A DNA stretch of 63,689 nt, the filler included, from Lama guanicoe (taxonomy: Eukaryota), in the NCBI GenBank assembly GCA_013239625.1. It is 137 parts of 137 records of this genome, joined end to end, with 100 filler letters (N's around TTAATTAATTAA, not from the genome) between each part and the next. Parts side by side here need not be neighbours in the genome. Positions count along the whole stretch, not along the records: positions 62,855 to 63,221 come from PNXV01058386.1; positions 63,322 to 63,689 come from PNXV01058387.1; 135 more parts are not named here. The stretch is one strand, 5' to 3'. A program made the position numbers and the translations under genes. Positions within the stretch are counted from its first letter, which is position 1. The number at the start of each line of letters is the position of its first letter. Below the pieces are notes generated by a model. It worked only from the letters and a program-made list of their open reading frames with translations. It had not been told where the DNA came from and ran no database searches. Positions 62,855-63,689 of the stretch are shown piece by piece.

Positions 62855-63221
62855 GCGGTGCGGGCGGGGGCGCCGGGCGGCCGCGGCGCGGTGGGACCAT
62901 GGAGCTCGGAGCGCGGCGCCGGCGCCGGCGGCGGAACCGCGGACCGGTGAGTGCGGGCTGCGGCCGGCCGGCTCCCTGGCCTTGACCCCTGCCCTGCTTG
63001 GCTCCGCGCCGGGCGGCTGCCCCTCGGGAGAGGCGGGCGCGGACCGGGCCCCGCAGCCCCGCGGCCAAGTGAACTTGCTGCATCGCCCTGGCGCTCGGGC
63101 GTGCGGCGGGCCCACTGCGGCCGCGCCGCCGCCCGCGCCTGCCCTGCAGCCCGGCGCATCCTCTCTGCCCGGCTCCCGCGCGGGCCGGGGCTTCTCGCCG
63201 TCTCCGCGCGGCCCGGCGCCG
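62855..63221 (+). promoter_or_regulatory. CpG island with first exon, Kozak ATG at 62899 and donor at 62946/62947 (gene unidentified)
   Basis: Extremely CpG-dense. accATGG starts [16 protein letters not shown], followed by CCG|GTGAGT. Confidence 0.65.
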
Positions 63222-63689
63222 NNNNNNNNNNNNNNNNNNNNNNNNNNNNNNNNNNNNNNNNNNNNTTAATTAATTAANNNNNNNNNNNNNNNNNNNNNNN
63301 NNNNNNNNNNNNNNNNNNNNNCCCCAAGTTCAAGTCATGATTTTAACTGTTCATAATATTCTCAATAAACACACCTGAGATTATTCAAACAGAATTTATA
63401 TTAGATGGGTATTACATTAATGTCTAGATGATCATCTCTATTCCTGAACAATCCAAGTCAGAATCTAAACACAAGATATGGTGTCATTAAGTGATGCTTG
63501 TCTCCTTTTCTGAAGAGAAGTGGATTCATCCTGGCACTTCAAAGAGCCTCACTTATATAACCAACAAAGTGGAAATATAGTCTACATACTATGAAAAACT
63601 AAGAAAGCTGGGAGTAGGTTTTGTTCTTCTTTATAATCTTATTTAACATAAAAGGGACTGAGGTCCGTGGACAAGTGAAGTTACAAGGA

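Noticed and set aside
409..63277. ORF-track proteins ending in X..XLIN, X..XN or X..X
   Set aside because: These are read-through into Ns terminated by the linker. The shared 'LIN' is the linker translation, not a conserved motif.
62799..63277. Overlapping long Arg/Pro/Ala/Gly ORFs on both strands (also around 14543-14815 and 37598-38071)
   Set aside because: Stop-codon depletion is expected in CpG islands, and no recognisable domains are present.
365..63321. Regularly spaced identical palindromic repeat with unique ~365-bp spacers, superficially like a CRISPR, integron or cassette array
   Set aside because: The repeat sits inside exact 44-N pads, encodes six-frame stops, and separates length-sorted unrelated mammalian fragments. 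It is an assembly linker, and no cas or integrase genes are present.
1..63689. A previously undescribed multi-component biological system
   Set aside because: No piece exceeds 368 bp and the pieces are unlinked, so no system-level architecture can be supported from this window.

Overview
This window is not a contiguous locus. It is an assembly bin of about 137 unrelated mammalian mini-contigs of 360-368 bp, ordered by near-increasing length and joined by a constant artificial 100-nt linker (N44-TTAATTAATTAA-N44, a palindrome with stops in all six frames). Neighbouring pieces carry no synteny, and most ORF-track entries ending in 'X..XLIN' are linker artefacts. tRNA-derived SINEs and L1 3' ends suggest a camelid (alpaca/llama/camel). 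Recognisable gene pieces are an MX1 exon containing the L4 loop, QKI exon 1, a CCR2/CCR5-family fragment, a WDR35 exon and an OR10H-family olfactory receptor fragment. There are also several unidentified candidate exons and CpG-island first exons. The rest is L1, L2, MIR, LTR and DNA-transposon relics, microsatellites and unique non-coding DNA. I find no evidence of a new multi-gene system. The most interesting real signals are two L1 twin-priming inversion junctions, a probable retrocopy inserted into an L1, a diverged ~246-bp satellite-like repeat, a decayed hexamer array, GC-biased repeat relics, and the MX1 L4 and CCR2/5 mosaic sequences. Gene and repeat names come from recalled sequences, not database searches.
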